In this document: positions 1-11,243 of the stretch, one piece after another
How positions within the stretch are numbered: position 1 is the stretch's first letter
Layout: the number at the start of each line of letters is the position of its first letter
NCBI GenBank assembly: GCA_963931495.1
Contig: OZ007020.1
Span: 720,001 to 752,000, forward strand
Origin: an uncultured Alphaproteobacteria bacterium
GTDB taxonomy: Bacteria; Pseudomonadota; Alphaproteobacteria; Rs-D84
Direction of reading: 5' to 3'
DNA: 32,000 bases
Program-made: the position numbers and the translations under genes
Notes under the pieces: generated by a model
The model's input: the letters and a program-made list of their open reading frames with translations, nothing else
Database searches by the model: none
What the model was told of the DNA's origin: nothing

Positions 1-145
1 CCGCCAACGAAATGTCGGAACCATTAAAGTTTTCATAAAATTTGATAAAATCATTAATGTCTGAATCGTACGCCGCCGCCGTATGCCCAGAATAATTTTT
101 GGTTTTGGTTAAATATTCTGAAAATTCGGCGACGACGTCATTCAT
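1..145 (-). CDS. Tyrosine recombinase XerC/XerD-like, N-terminal fragment (runs off the window)
   Basis: Not in the ORF track because it is open at the window edge. A reverse-strand ATG at 143-145 gives MNDVVAEFSEYLTKTKNYSGHTAAAYDSDINDFIKFYENF. This resembles the N-terminal core-binding (SAM-like) domain of XerC/XerD recombinases. Confidence 0.5.
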   Translation of the reverse strand, partial: MNDVVAEFSEYLTKTKNYSGHTAAAYDSDINDFIKFYENFNGSDISLA

Positions 146-150
146 CAAGA

Positions 151-894
151 CTACTTTATTTCAAATGTTGCATTTACCGTCACGGAAACTTCTGTATCCT
201 TGGCAACAATACTGCCAGCGGCACTGAACGCTTCGGCATCCGCCACCGCCATTTTTGCGCCCGTGGTTAAAAAGTTTGACGCGCGTGGTTGGATTGTTCC
301 TGTGCCACCAACGTTGTATGTCACGCGCAGTAATTTACCAGCGACATCACCGTCGCCCGCAACCAATGCATTCGCACGTTCACGCGCATTTTCAACCGCC
401 GCCCCCAGGCAATCTTCCAGTATTGGTTTCATTGCTTCGGCACTGGTATACATACGCAGATTTTCAGAATAAACGTCATCTTGGCCGGCAAATTGAGTTA
501 ATATTTTTTCAATTGTTTCAATATTATCAGCCGAAACTTCTATGGCAATGGTTGTTTCTGTGCCCAGAACAACAGACTTTTCCAATTCACGATTCCATTC
601 ACTGCGTTCATATGAATTAAATTCAGTTGTCTGCATCTGGACATTTTGTGTTTTCAAGAAATTTGTAATTTCTGCAATCTTGGCGGTGGCCATTTTCATG
701 GATGTGGCCGCTGATTTATCCAGTGTTGTTACGCGTAAAGTAATTGCTGTTCTGTCTTTGGGTGCGGATGTTAAACATTCACCGACAACCGCAACTTCGC
801 GGATTTGCGATGGTTTATCCAATACACCAAACAACAGCGCCAACACGGCACCAACGCCAATTACACTGCCCGTCCAAATTAACGCATTTTTCAT
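151..894 (-). CDS. SIMPL (DUF541) domain periplasmic/membrane-anchored protein
   Basis: 247-aa ORF with an N-terminal TM/signal segment. The overall pattern is that of SIMPL / 26-kDa periplasmic immunogenic proteins. A GGAGAA Shine-Dalgarno lies upstream. It sits directly downstream of trpS. Confidence 0.65.
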   Translation of the reverse strand: MKNALIWTGSVIGVGAVLALLFGVLDKPSQIREVAVVGECLTSAPKDRTAITLRVTTLDKSAATSMKMATAKIAEITNFLKTQNVQMQTTEFNSYERSEWNRELEKSVVLGTETTIAIEVSADNIETIEKILTQFAGQDDVYSENLRMYTSAEAMKPILEDCLGAAVENARERANALVAGDGDVAGKLLRVTYNVGGTGTIQPRASNFLTTGAKMAVADAEAFSAAGSIVAKDTEVSVTVNATFEIK

Positions 895-925
895 TTTTGT
901 TCTCCTTTCCCATTGGTTTTATATT

Positions 926-1918
926 TTATCCCAACATAGCGCGACGTACGCGTTCGTATGTTTTTTCAGCCACCGCACGCGCACGTGGCGCGCCATTGGC
1001 CAAAACCGCATCCAATTCATCTGTATTCGCCATCAAGCGTTCGTATTCCATCCGCGGCGCGGCCAATACTGAATTTATTTTTTCAAATAATATCTTTTTC
1101 GCATCACCGTATCCCATGCCGCCGTTTTCAAAGCGCGCACGCAAATCCGCGATTTCTTTTTCATCTGCAAAATGTTTATACAATTGGAATATCGTGGATT
1201 CATCCGGATTTTTCGGTTCTGCGGGCAATTTGCTGTCGGTGATTATGCGCATAATTTTCTTTTTCAATTCTGATTCAGGCGCAAATAATGGAATAACATT
1301 ATCATAAGATTTACTCATCTTTCGTCCATCTAATCCCGGGATAATGCCTGTATCCGCGCCAATCATTGGTTCTGGCAATTTGAACGTTTCGCCATATATA
1401 TGATTGAAATATCCCGCAATATCGCGCGCAAATTCAACATGCTGCTTTTGATCTGCGCCAACCGGCACAACATCAGAATTATACAGCAATATATCCGCCG
1501 CCATTAATATCGGATATGTGTACAAGCCCATATTAACGCCCGCATCAATATCAACACCCGCGGCAGTATTCTTGTCAACCGCCGCCTTGTACGAATGGGC
1601 GCGATTCATCAGCCCCTTTGGCGTGACATTCATCAACATGGTGGTTAATTGTGAAACTTGCACCACGTCAGATTGCCGGAACAGCACCGCGTTTTCCAGA
1701 TTTAACCCCAACGCCACCAAAATAGCGGCAATTTCATACGTGTGTTGCCGAATCAGTTTCGGGTCATGAATTATATTTAATGCGTGCAAATCGGCAATAA
1801 ACACAAATGTTTTGTTTGTTTTTGCCATTTCAATCAACGGTTTCAACGCGGCAACATAGTTCCCCAAATGCGGGGTGCCGGTTGGCTTTATGCCCGTTAA
1901 CACAATTTGTTCCGACAT
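926..1918 (-). CDS. trpS: Tryptophan--tRNA ligase
   Basis: Start re-picked at MSEQIVLTGIKPTGTPHLGNY (HIGH-type motif TGxxHLGN), with a KMSKS motif present. The track ORF 926..2206 has a 96-aa artificial extension that overlaps rpsD. Confidence 0.95.
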   Translation of the reverse strand: MSEQIVLTGIKPTGTPHLGNYVAALKPLIEMAKTNKTFVFIADLHALNIIHDPKLIRQHTYEIAAILVALGLNLENAVLFRQSDVVQVSQLTTMLMNVTPKGLMNRAHSYKAAVDKNTAAGVDIDAGVNMGLYTYPILMAADILLYNSDVVPVGADQKQHVEFARDIAGYFNHIYGETFKLPEPMIGADTGIIPGLDGRKMSKSYDNVIPLFAPESELKKKIMRIITDSKLPAEPKNPDESTIFQLYKHFADEKEIADLRARFENGGMGYGDAKKILFEKINSVLAAPRMEYERLMANTDELDAVLANGAPRARAVAEKTYERVRRAMLG

Positions 1919-1970
1919 TTTCAATCCTTTTGTGTGTAATAATATATTGTTTAATTTTCTTTTGCCAGTA

Positions 1971-2000
1971 AAAAGAAATCCCACCAGAACTGGTGGGATT
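1971..2000 (-). terminator. Rho-independent terminator after rpsD
   Basis: Stem ATCCCACCA (1978-1986) / TGGTGGGAT (1991-1999), followed on the minus strand by a T-rich run. Confidence 0.6.
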
Positions 2001-2018
2001 AATCTGTTCGCATTATTT

Positions 2019-2651
2019 TTAACGTGAATAGAATTCAACAACCAATTCTGGGAACATTTGAACAGGATATGGAACATCTGCGAATAACGGTACACGCGTA
2101 AATGTTGCGGTAAAGTTCGCACTGTCCACATTGATATAGTCCGGCCATTGACGTTCAGCAGATTCCAATGCCAACACAACCAACGGCATTTGTTTGGCCT
2201 TTTCACTGACGGTGATTACATCGCCTGGTTTTACCTGGTACGACGCAATTTTAACGCGTTTATCATTGACATAGATGTGACCGTGGCTGACCAACTGGCG
2301 TGCCGAAAAGACAGTCGGCGCCAATTTTGCACGATAAACAACCGCATCCAAACGACGTTCCAGTAATCCGATTAAGTTATCTGGGGTGTCGCCACGCATA
2401 TTGGACGCTTCCAAATAATAGGCACGGAATTTCTTTTCGCCGATGTTGCCATAGTAACCCTTTAATGTCTGTTTTGCGCGCATCTGTTTTGCGTAATCAG
2501 ACGAATTTCCGCCACGCGATGTTGGGCCGTGTTGCCCCGGTTTGTACTTGCGTTTATTAAACGGTGATTTTGCCTGGCCCCACAGGTTTACCCCCAAACT
2601 GCGGCCGATTTTTAATTTACGTGTACTGCGCTTTGCGCCTGCTCTTGCCAT
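2019..2651 (-). CDS. rpsD: 30S ribosomal protein S4
   Basis: 210 aa. Typical S4 N-terminus ([15 protein letters not shown]), an S4 RNA-binding domain, and the C-terminus LVVEFYSR. Confidence 0.95.
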   Translation of the reverse strand: MARAGAKRSTRKLKIGRSLGVNLWGQAKSPFNKRKYKPGQHGPTSRGGNSSDYAKQMRAKQTLKGYYGNIGEKKFRAYYLEASNMRGDTPDNLIGLLERRLDAVVYRAKLAPTVFSARQLVSHGHIYVNDKRVKIASYQVKPGDVITVSEKAKQMPLVVLALESAERQWPDYINVDSANFTATFTRVPLFADVPYPVQMFPELVVEFYSR

Positions 2652-2807
2652 AATAGTATCCTTTTATTTTTGGTTTTTTATGGTGCCGGACGTTTCACAG
2701 AATCCTTATCGTCAATATGACCAAAATACATATTGCTTATTCAGTTCTGGTTATCCAGCGGGGCTAATTCTATATTGTTTTTTGCGAAAAATCAAGCATT
2801 TTATAGA

Positions 2808-3347
2808 TTAAAATTTAACCCGCGGGGCTTTCTTTTCCGTTTCATCCATTTCAAACATGTCTTCTTCGGTAATATTAAACATGCGGGCCACGATATTTGA
2901 TGGAAATTGTTGAATTTGGGTATTCAGCCCCATTACAACATTGTTATAGAATTGACGTGATGCCTGGATCTTTGTTTCAGTATCTGTCAATTCGCGCTGT
3001 AATTCCAAAAAGTTTTCATTTGCACGCAATGTCGGGTAATTTTCAGATATCGCAAACAAGTTCTTTAATGTTTCGGTCAGTTTATTTTCAGCGTCTGCGC
3101 GGTCGGCGCCATTTGCCGCCATGGCCGCATCACGCGCACGTGTTACAGATTCCAATGTTTCACGTTCATGCTTTGCCGCGCCACGCACAGTTTCAATCAA
3201 ATTTGGGATTAAATCATAACGACGCTTTAATTGCGTATCAATTGTGGACCATGCCTCACGAACCTGGTTCTTACGGGCAACCAACCCATTGTACACAGCA
3301 ATAAAGTACAACAAAATAACAGCAATAACAGCAATGGCAATCCACAT
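2808..3347 (-). CDS. lemA: LemA family membrane protein
   Basis: 179 aa. N-terminal TM followed by YNGLVARKNQVREAWSTIDTQLKRRYDLIPNL, the hallmark LemA sequence. Confidence 0.85.
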   Translation of the reverse strand: MWIAIAVIAVILLYFIAVYNGLVARKNQVREAWSTIDTQLKRRYDLIPNLIETVRGAAKHERETLESVTRARDAAMAANGADRADAENKLTETLKNLFAISENYPTLRANENFLELQRELTDTETKIQASRQFYNNVVMGLNTQIQQFPSNIVARMFNITEEDMFEMDETEKKAPRVKF

Positions 3348-3430
3348 ATTTAACCCCTTTTTAGATTTTTATTTCTGGTGCATTTTATAACAATGTTTTT
3401 ATAAAAGCAAATGATTGTGATTGTTTATAA

Positions 3431-3453
3431 CAAAAACGGGGCAAATGCCCCGT
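3431..3453 (-). terminator. Rho-independent terminator after csp
   Basis: Stem ACGGGGC (3436-3442) / GCCCCGT (3447-3453), with a T5 run on the minus strand (A-run 3432-3436 on plus). Confidence 0.6.
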
Positions 3454-3458
3454 AAACT

Positions 3459-3803
3459 TTATTTTTTCCAAAATGCGAATCCACTGCGACGTTCTGATTT
3501 TTCTTCGCGTTGTTTGCGATCTTCGGCGGCACGCCGACGTTCAGCACGACGTTCTTGGAATCTGCGCGCAGATTCTTCATCACGCTGGATTAATCTTAAT
3601 TCGGTGACAGACAGTTTATCATTACGTACTTCTTCATCAAATTCAACAATATCGTTTTCGTTCAAAAATCTGATGCCCGCAGCCTTTAATGCACTGGAAT
3701 GAACAAAAACATCATCTGTGTTACCGTCTGCATTTGGTGTATCAGGTGTGATAAAACCAAAACATTTTTTACCATTGTACCATTTTACTTTACCTTGACG
3801 CAT
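3459..3803 (-). CDS. Cold-shock domain protein with an Arg/Glu-rich C-terminal tail
   Basis: Start re-picked at MRQGKVKWYNGKKCFGFI (RNP1-like KGFGFI variant), preceded by a GGAAGG Shine-Dalgarno. VFVHSSAL is RNP2-like. The tail is RRFQERRAERRRAAEDRKQREEKSERR. Confidence 0.85.
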   Translation of the reverse strand: MRQGKVKWYNGKKCFGFITPDTPNADGNTDDVFVHSSALKAAGIRFLNENDIVEFDEEVRNDKLSVTELRLIQRDEESARRFQERRAERRRAAEDRKQREEKSERRSGFAFWKK

Positions 3804-3940
3804 AATGTACCTTCCTTTCTTATGCTTGTTATGGTTCCCAAAAAACAGTGAACCTGTATTCATTGTTGCTGATAAGCAAACGTAAAGCAAGTAAAAACGC
3901 CTGCATACAATCGGATTGAAATCACATGATTGTATTTATG

Positions 3941-5353
3941 TTATTTTTTATAATACCGCTGGACTTCATTCATTACAAAATTAAATAATTTTCCCGCCAT
4001 GGTGTCAGACGGCACCGCCCAATCACGCTGGACATACGGCATCGCAGCAACCAAAATAAATCGCGCCATAAAATGGAAAATTTCATTTTGTTGTGCCTGG
4101 GTCAGTTCAGCGGGCGCATCTGTGATACGAAAGACTTCATTTTCAATCGCATCATCCAGTTTAGATGATATGGTATCTAAGATTTTTTGTGGGTAATATA
4201 ATTTACACGGCTTTGGGAACCCATCAAACATTGATACACCGTTGCCCTGGCTGTACAAAATATTCCACCCAACACGGTCAAATAAATCTTCCAGACACTG
4301 GCATATCATCAGGTTATATTCTTTTACACCCTGTTCATGTTCTTTGGCGCCCAATTCTACGTTTTTTGCCGCGTCTTTGACACTGCGTCTTGTTTCGGTG
4401 CGCCGCGAAACTTCATAATTACCATGTGTTTGGCGTTCAAATTCAAAAAATGTTCGCACCTGGCATATAATTTCCATCGGAACAACATGGCCATTTTTAC
4501 CGATATCTATTATCAATTTAGCGTCACGATAATTACGCGGATTTTTCATATCGTAAAAATTATCACGCACAGACAAAATACGATCTGGCATCATATCACG
4601 AACACGTTCAATAAACGTTCGGGCCTGGGGGATTAAATCAAACAGGCATTTTACACGCCAAACATCTTGCAGACGCATACGTGGACGCGGAATTTTATCC
4701 AGTTCACGAACCAATTCCACCGCAATATTTTCATGCCCAGAACCAATTATCGCCAGCGCTGTTTCAGACGGTGTTGATATGTATTTTTCATTTAATTTGG
4801 CACGTATTTTATCAGAAATCGCACGTGCAGACGCTTCACGATCATGTGACGCAATTACACGATAAACAGTTTCTGCGACGTCGTTAACATATGTCTGATA
4901 ATACTTACCGGTAACCTTGTCCAATGCACGATTAATACTTTTTTGGGAACCAACAATAACCGTGACGATTGACGACACCGCCAAATCAATTTTATGCCCG
5001 GCGCCACTGGTAAAAAATTGATTACGCATCGGATCTGCATCCAAACGATGATGTACAATATATGGCGTTAATGGATTTATATCAGACAGTTTTATTGGTT
5101 CATCAATTGCACTGTCGGTGGCATAATCGTATCGCATAACCGGCGCCTTGGGCGCACCAAAGCATTTACCCAAAAAATAAAATACTTCGCGGAACCACAA
5201 AATACTGTCCGAATATAATTCTGACAGATATGCGGCCGCTTCGGCATTAATACGCCCCGCAACACGGGCGTTTTCTATGATACCCAGGTTTTTTCTGTCA
5301 TTATCCGCGGATAGATTTGCCGCGTCACTTTCTGAATACGAAGATGTCATCAC
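3941..5353 (-). CDS. Hypothetical 470-aa cytoplasmic protein with a RelA/SpoT-like nucleotidyltransferase signature
   Basis: Long uninterrupted ORF in the same orientation as its neighbours. Residues ~226-318 (DVWRVK ... RDNFYDMKNPRNYRDAKLIIDI ... MEIICQVRTFFEFERQTHGNYEV) parallel the RSH synthetase core (DxxGxR ... DYIxxPKxNGYRSLH ... EIQIRTxxMHxWAExxHxxxYK). Confidence 0.6.
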   Translation of the reverse strand: MMTSSYSESDAANLSADNDRKNLGIIENARVAGRINAEAAAYLSELYSDSILWFREVFYFLGKCFGAPKAPVMRYDYATDSAIDEPIKLSDINPLTPYIVHHRLDADPMRNQFFTSGAGHKIDLAVSSIVTVIVGSQKSINRALDKVTGKYYQTYVNDVAETVYRVIASHDREASARAISDKIRAKLNEKYISTPSETALAIIGSGHENIAVELVRELDKIPRPRMRLQDVWRVKCLFDLIPQARTFIERVRDMMPDRILSVRDNFYDMKNPRNYRDAKLIIDIGKNGHVVPMEIICQVRTFFEFERQTHGNYEVSRRTETRRSVKDAAKNVELGAKEHEQGVKEYNLMICQCLEDLFDRVGWNILYSQGNGVSMFDGFPKPCKLYYPQKILDTISSKLDDAIENEVFRITDAPAELTQAQQNEIFHFMARFILVAAMPYVQRDWAVPSDTMAGKLFNFVMNEVQRYYKK

Positions 5354-5375
5354 GCCACCCCCATTTTTCCATTTG

Positions 5376-6854
5376 TTATTTCATTATCGGGAACAGAACC
5401 ACATCACGCAACGTTGGTTGGTCAAAGATTATGCTGGCCAACCGGTCAACCCCCATGCCGACACCTGAAATTGGCGGAAATCCATGTTCCATCGCACGCA
5501 CGAAATCGTTATCAGGATTAAATGCTTCTTCATCACCATCAGCAATATTTTTTGCCTGTTCTTCAAATGCAGCCAACTGTTGGATTGGGTTAACCAGTTC
5601 TGAATATCCCTTGCATAATTCGGCGCCACATACCAATAATTGATACATATCAATGCGACGTTCGTCGTCATCATTACGACGCGCCAGTGGCACCATATAC
5701 GCCGGATAATTATACAAGAATGTCGGATTTACGATACTGTCACGTATTTTACGCTTGTACACATAATCAACCAATGCCGGCAAAGATTTCAAATCTTCTA
5801 ATTCAGATTCTGGGAACATTCCTGCTGACACCAATTTATTACGCAATTCGTCCACATTTTCAAAATCTAATATATTACAGCCAAAAAATTCATTCATCTT
5901 GGCGGTATAGTCAATCATTTCATATTTTGAAAAGTCCAGTTTTGTTCCCTGGTATTCAATTTGTAAAGTTCCACGGCATTTTTGTAACAAATATTGGATT
6001 AAATCCCATGTAAATTGAATATTCTTGTGGAAATCCCAATATGCCGCATACCATTCAACCATTGTGAATTCTTGCAAATGCATTGCATCCATGCCTTCGT
6101 TTCGGAAATCCTTGGCCACTTCGTATACGCGGTCAAATCCGGCACCAATTGCTTCCTTTAAGAATAATTCCGGTGAAATACGCAATTGGAAATCTGTGTT
6201 CAGTGCATTATGATGCGTTGTAAAAGGACGCGCCGCCGCACCACTGGCGATATTTTGCATAATTGGCGTTTCTATTTCCAGAAAACCGTGTTCATTCATA
6301 AAATCACGCCAATATTGTGTCATCTGGAACCGCCCCAGCAACGCCCGACGCGTTTCAGGATTAGATATAATATCCAGATAACGTTGGCGATATTTTGTTT
6401 CCATATCGGTTAAACCATGGAACTTTTCTGGCAACGGGCGCAATGCCTTGGCCAAAATATCATAATGCTTTACCCGCACTGTCAATTCACCCGCTGTTGT
6501 ATGATATAATTCGCCATCAACACCGATAAAATCACCCATATCAACATTGGATTTCATAAACTTATAGTCTTCTTCGCCAATTTCTTCGCGCGACATAGAA
6601 AACTGGATTTCACCATTAATGTCGTATATGCGGCCAAACATTAATTTGCCCAACCAACGCAATGCTGTGACGCGCCCGGCCAGGCGCACATGTGTACCAT
6701 CTGGTAATTCGCGTGCCGCGGCAATTGTATGTGTGCGTTCATATTTGTCTTTCCAAACAACACCGTCGCGTACACGAATATTTTCTGCTTTTTGCAGACG
6801 TGCCTGTAATTCGTTTGTTGATAACGTTGTTGTGTTGTTTGCGTTGTCAGACAT
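5376..6854 (-). CDS. lysS: Lysine--tRNA ligase, class II
   Basis: 492 aa. N-terminal OB-fold anticodon-binding region plus class II motifs (FLEIETP, FRNEG, GxGxGxDR-type GVGMGVDRL). Confidence 0.95.
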   Translation of the reverse strand: MSDNANNTTTLSTNELQARLQKAENIRVRDGVVWKDKYERTHTIAAARELPDGTHVRLAGRVTALRWLGKLMFGRIYDINGEIQFSMSREEIGEEDYKFMKSNVDMGDFIGVDGELYHTTAGELTVRVKHYDILAKALRPLPEKFHGLTDMETKYRQRYLDIISNPETRRALLGRFQMTQYWRDFMNEHGFLEIETPIMQNIASGAAARPFTTHHNALNTDFQLRISPELFLKEAIGAGFDRVYEVAKDFRNEGMDAMHLQEFTMVEWYAAYWDFHKNIQFTWDLIQYLLQKCRGTLQIEYQGTKLDFSKYEMIDYTAKMNEFFGCNILDFENVDELRNKLVSAGMFPESELEDLKSLPALVDYVYKRKIRDSIVNPTFLYNYPAYMVPLARRNDDDERRIDMYQLLVCGAELCKGYSELVNPIQQLAAFEEQAKNIADGDEEAFNPDNDFVRAMEHGFPPISGVGMGVDRLASIIFDQPTLRDVVLFPIMK

Positions 6855-6882
6855 GTTTTTTCCTTTTATCGTTTTTTGTTAT

Positions 6883-6912
6883 AAAAAACGGACGCAGTAA
6901 AAGTGCGTCCGT
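6883..6912 (-). terminator. Hairpin plus T6 between tRNA-Gly and lysS
   Basis: Stem CGGACGCA (6889-6896) / TGCGTCCG (6904-6911), with T6 on the minus strand (A-run 6883-6888). It lies only ~28 nt upstream of the lysS start codon. Confidence 0.55.
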
Positions 6913-7002
6913 CAATTCTTTGATGGTCGCACTGCGTCAACAAAAAAATTTCAATACAATTTTCATAAACAATGTGCCTTCAAAACTTCCTTTATAAAAC
7001 TT

Positions 7003-7079
7003 TGGTGCGAGCAAAGGGGCTCGAACCCTCGACCTCAACCTTGGCAAGGTTGCGCTCTAGCCAACTGAGCTACGCTCGC
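7003..7079 (-). tRNA. tRNA-Gly (anticodon GCC), CCA encoded
   Basis: Hand-folded cloverleaf: acceptor GCGAGCG/TGCTCGC, D arm GCTC/GAGC, anticodon arm CAACC-TTGCCAA-GGTTG, T arm GAGGG-TTCGAGC-CCCTT, then A-CCA. 77 nt. Confidence 0.9.
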
Positions 7080-7127
7080 ACTGTGGGGGTATTTTGACAT
7101 ATCTTTTTATACATTGCAAGTAATTTT

Positions 7128-7388
7128 TTATCGCTGTTTTTGGGACGCAATATATTGTAATGAATCCAGCGTATATTGACGTCGTGCCAAATCCAAACGC
7201 TGTTTTTGTATTTCCAGTTCTTGACGCTTTAATTCATTTGCTGTTTTCATTGCACCGGCAATTTCACATGTCGCCCATGACAATGTAATCGCCCCCAGCG
7301 CAATCACAGCGTATCGCAATCCGGTCATTTTTACTTTGACCGGATTGCCAACAGCATCACCAGAAACCTTGCACGATTCCCACACCAT
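7128..7388 (-). CDS. Small hypothetical membrane/coiled-coil protein
   Basis: 86-aa ORF that abuts the stop of the upstream gene, with a GGAAG Shine-Dalgarno before the 7388 start. An alternative start at 7328 gives MTGLRYAVIALGAITLSW. One TM segment followed by a charged helix. Confidence 0.4.
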   Translation of the reverse strand: MVWESCKVSGDAVGNPVKVKMTGLRYAVIALGAITLSWATCEIAGAMKTANELKRQELEIQKQRLDLARRQYTLDSLQYIASQKQR

Positions 7389-8420
7389 TTACAGCCACTT
7401 CCATGGTTGTAATATCTGCAAGAATCCGTACGCTGTGCGCTTGTCCGCGAATGTATGGCCACAACGTGGGCATACGACAAACGGCGCAATCACAGACTTT
7501 GTCTTCTTGAACATCGCATGCCATATCCACAGCCCCAGTACCCATACGGCAATCACCAATCCCCATGCAACATAATCAAAGTAATCGTCAACTGTATCCG
7601 TGATGACCGTAATAACATCAACATCAGATTGCGCCAAATCATCATAAATCTGGGTCGCAACCGGCCACGATGATGGACGCCATGGGTACACATGTTCAAT
7701 ACCATAATTTGTTAACAGCGTTGTGCCCAAACCACCAGTATTTTTATCCAGCTGAGATTTTATGACCCCATCAATCATTTCATCTATCTGAATTTGCAGA
7801 ACACTGGTCAATTGCGTTTCTATTTCGTCCAGTTTTTCGTTCACCATTTCTGCGGTATTATCAACACGCGCGATTGTTTCGTTTGCTTTATCAATGCCGG
7901 TATTTACTTGGTCAACGCCTTTGTTTACTTCATCCAATGCATTATCAATACCACTGGTATTAATTCCGAACATATTTGCCAAACCAGTTAATTTTCCAAC
8001 CTTGGCCGTTGTTTCAGAAACTTTATCTGTGGCCTGTTGCGCATCAGCAGTAACATCCTTGGCCTTGGCCGTGGTGTCGGTTACAACATCAACCGCATCG
8101 CCCACCATACGAACCTTGTCCACAGCAAACGCGACCGGTTCTTCCAGATCTATGGCGTCTTTGATACCATCCAGCAGACGTTCATACTGTTCAACAATAT
8201 TACGTTGCAGGTCAAAGAACATTGATACAACAATTGATTTCTTTATCGGCTGGGAATATGTATTTTTTACCCACAATGGCACCGATATCACCGCCGCAAC
8301 CCATATGACCGATATAACAGCAAAGATAATCTTTACACGGGTTACGAATGATTTTTTCTTTTTGACGGTCTTGGCACCATTTTGTTCAATGACCGCGATT
8401 TCCTTTTTCTTTCTGGGCAT
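7389..8420 (-). CDS. Hypothetical bitopic membrane protein with a long helical-repeat ectodomain
   Basis: 343 aa. N-terminal Lys-rich stretch plus TM, then a ~150-aa low-complexity helical region rich in D/V/T/N/K (VDxV, TAKxKD, VNxGxD), a C-terminal TM, and CPRCGH. Confidence 0.6.
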   Translation of the reverse strand: MPRKKKEIAVIEQNGAKTVKKKKSFVTRVKIIFAVISVIWVAAVISVPLWVKNTYSQPIKKSIVVSMFFDLQRNIVEQYERLLDGIKDAIDLEEPVAFAVDKVRMVGDAVDVVTDTTAKAKDVTADAQQATDKVSETTAKVGKLTGLANMFGINTSGIDNALDEVNKGVDQVNTGIDKANETIARVDNTAEMVNEKLDEIETQLTSVLQIQIDEMIDGVIKSQLDKNTGGLGTTLLTNYGIEHVYPWRPSSWPVATQIYDDLAQSDVDVITVITDTVDDYFDYVAWGLVIAVWVLGLWIWHAMFKKTKSVIAPFVVCPRCGHTFADKRTAYGFLQILQPWKWL

Positions 8421-8482
8421 GATTACCTCCTTTTGATGACAAATTCAGTTTAGTAAATCAATCGGATTTATTTCAACCATTT

Positions 8483-8811
8483 TTATCGCACGTTTTGATT
8501 GAACGCTGCAATATCATCGGCCAAGATTTCTTTGATTTTTTGGGGACCAACCATTTTTTGCTGGAAATCCATAACCTGGCGTACTGTTTTATGATAAATC
8601 ATCGCATCATGCGCATTATCAAATGCTGCAATTTCTGTTGTCGGGTTCAATTCATACTGATTGCCACGACGCAGACATGCCAATGTATAAATAAATGTCA
8701 ACTTGTCCACAGACTTTACCGCCGTGGCCAGGTACAATTTATCATTTGCACTTAATATCACACGTGGCATTTTTGGAGTTGTGTTTATTGTTTTTGTCTT
8801 GATATCGTCCA

Positions 8812-8812
<1 letters not shown>
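8483..8812 (-). CDS. Hypothetical protein (109 aa), translationally coupled to tgt
   Basis: Its ATG overlaps the tgt stop codon (TAATG). No TM segment, so it is not the YajC often found after tgt. Confidence 0.5.

Positions 8813-11239
<2,427 letters not shown>

Positions 11240-11243
<4 letters not shown>

Noticed and set aside
926-2206. Long N-terminal extensions in the ORF track: trpS 926..2206, era 12702..13805, bamD 14443..15723, rlpA 16726.., groES ..30138, HIT 30142.., OMP ..20364, M23 ..26204, csp ..3890.
   Set aside because: The extensions overlap neighbouring genes or promoters and lack homology-like sequence. Internal ATGs with good Shine-Dalgarno sequences give canonical N-termini (HIGH motif, G1 P-loop, lipobox or signal peptides).
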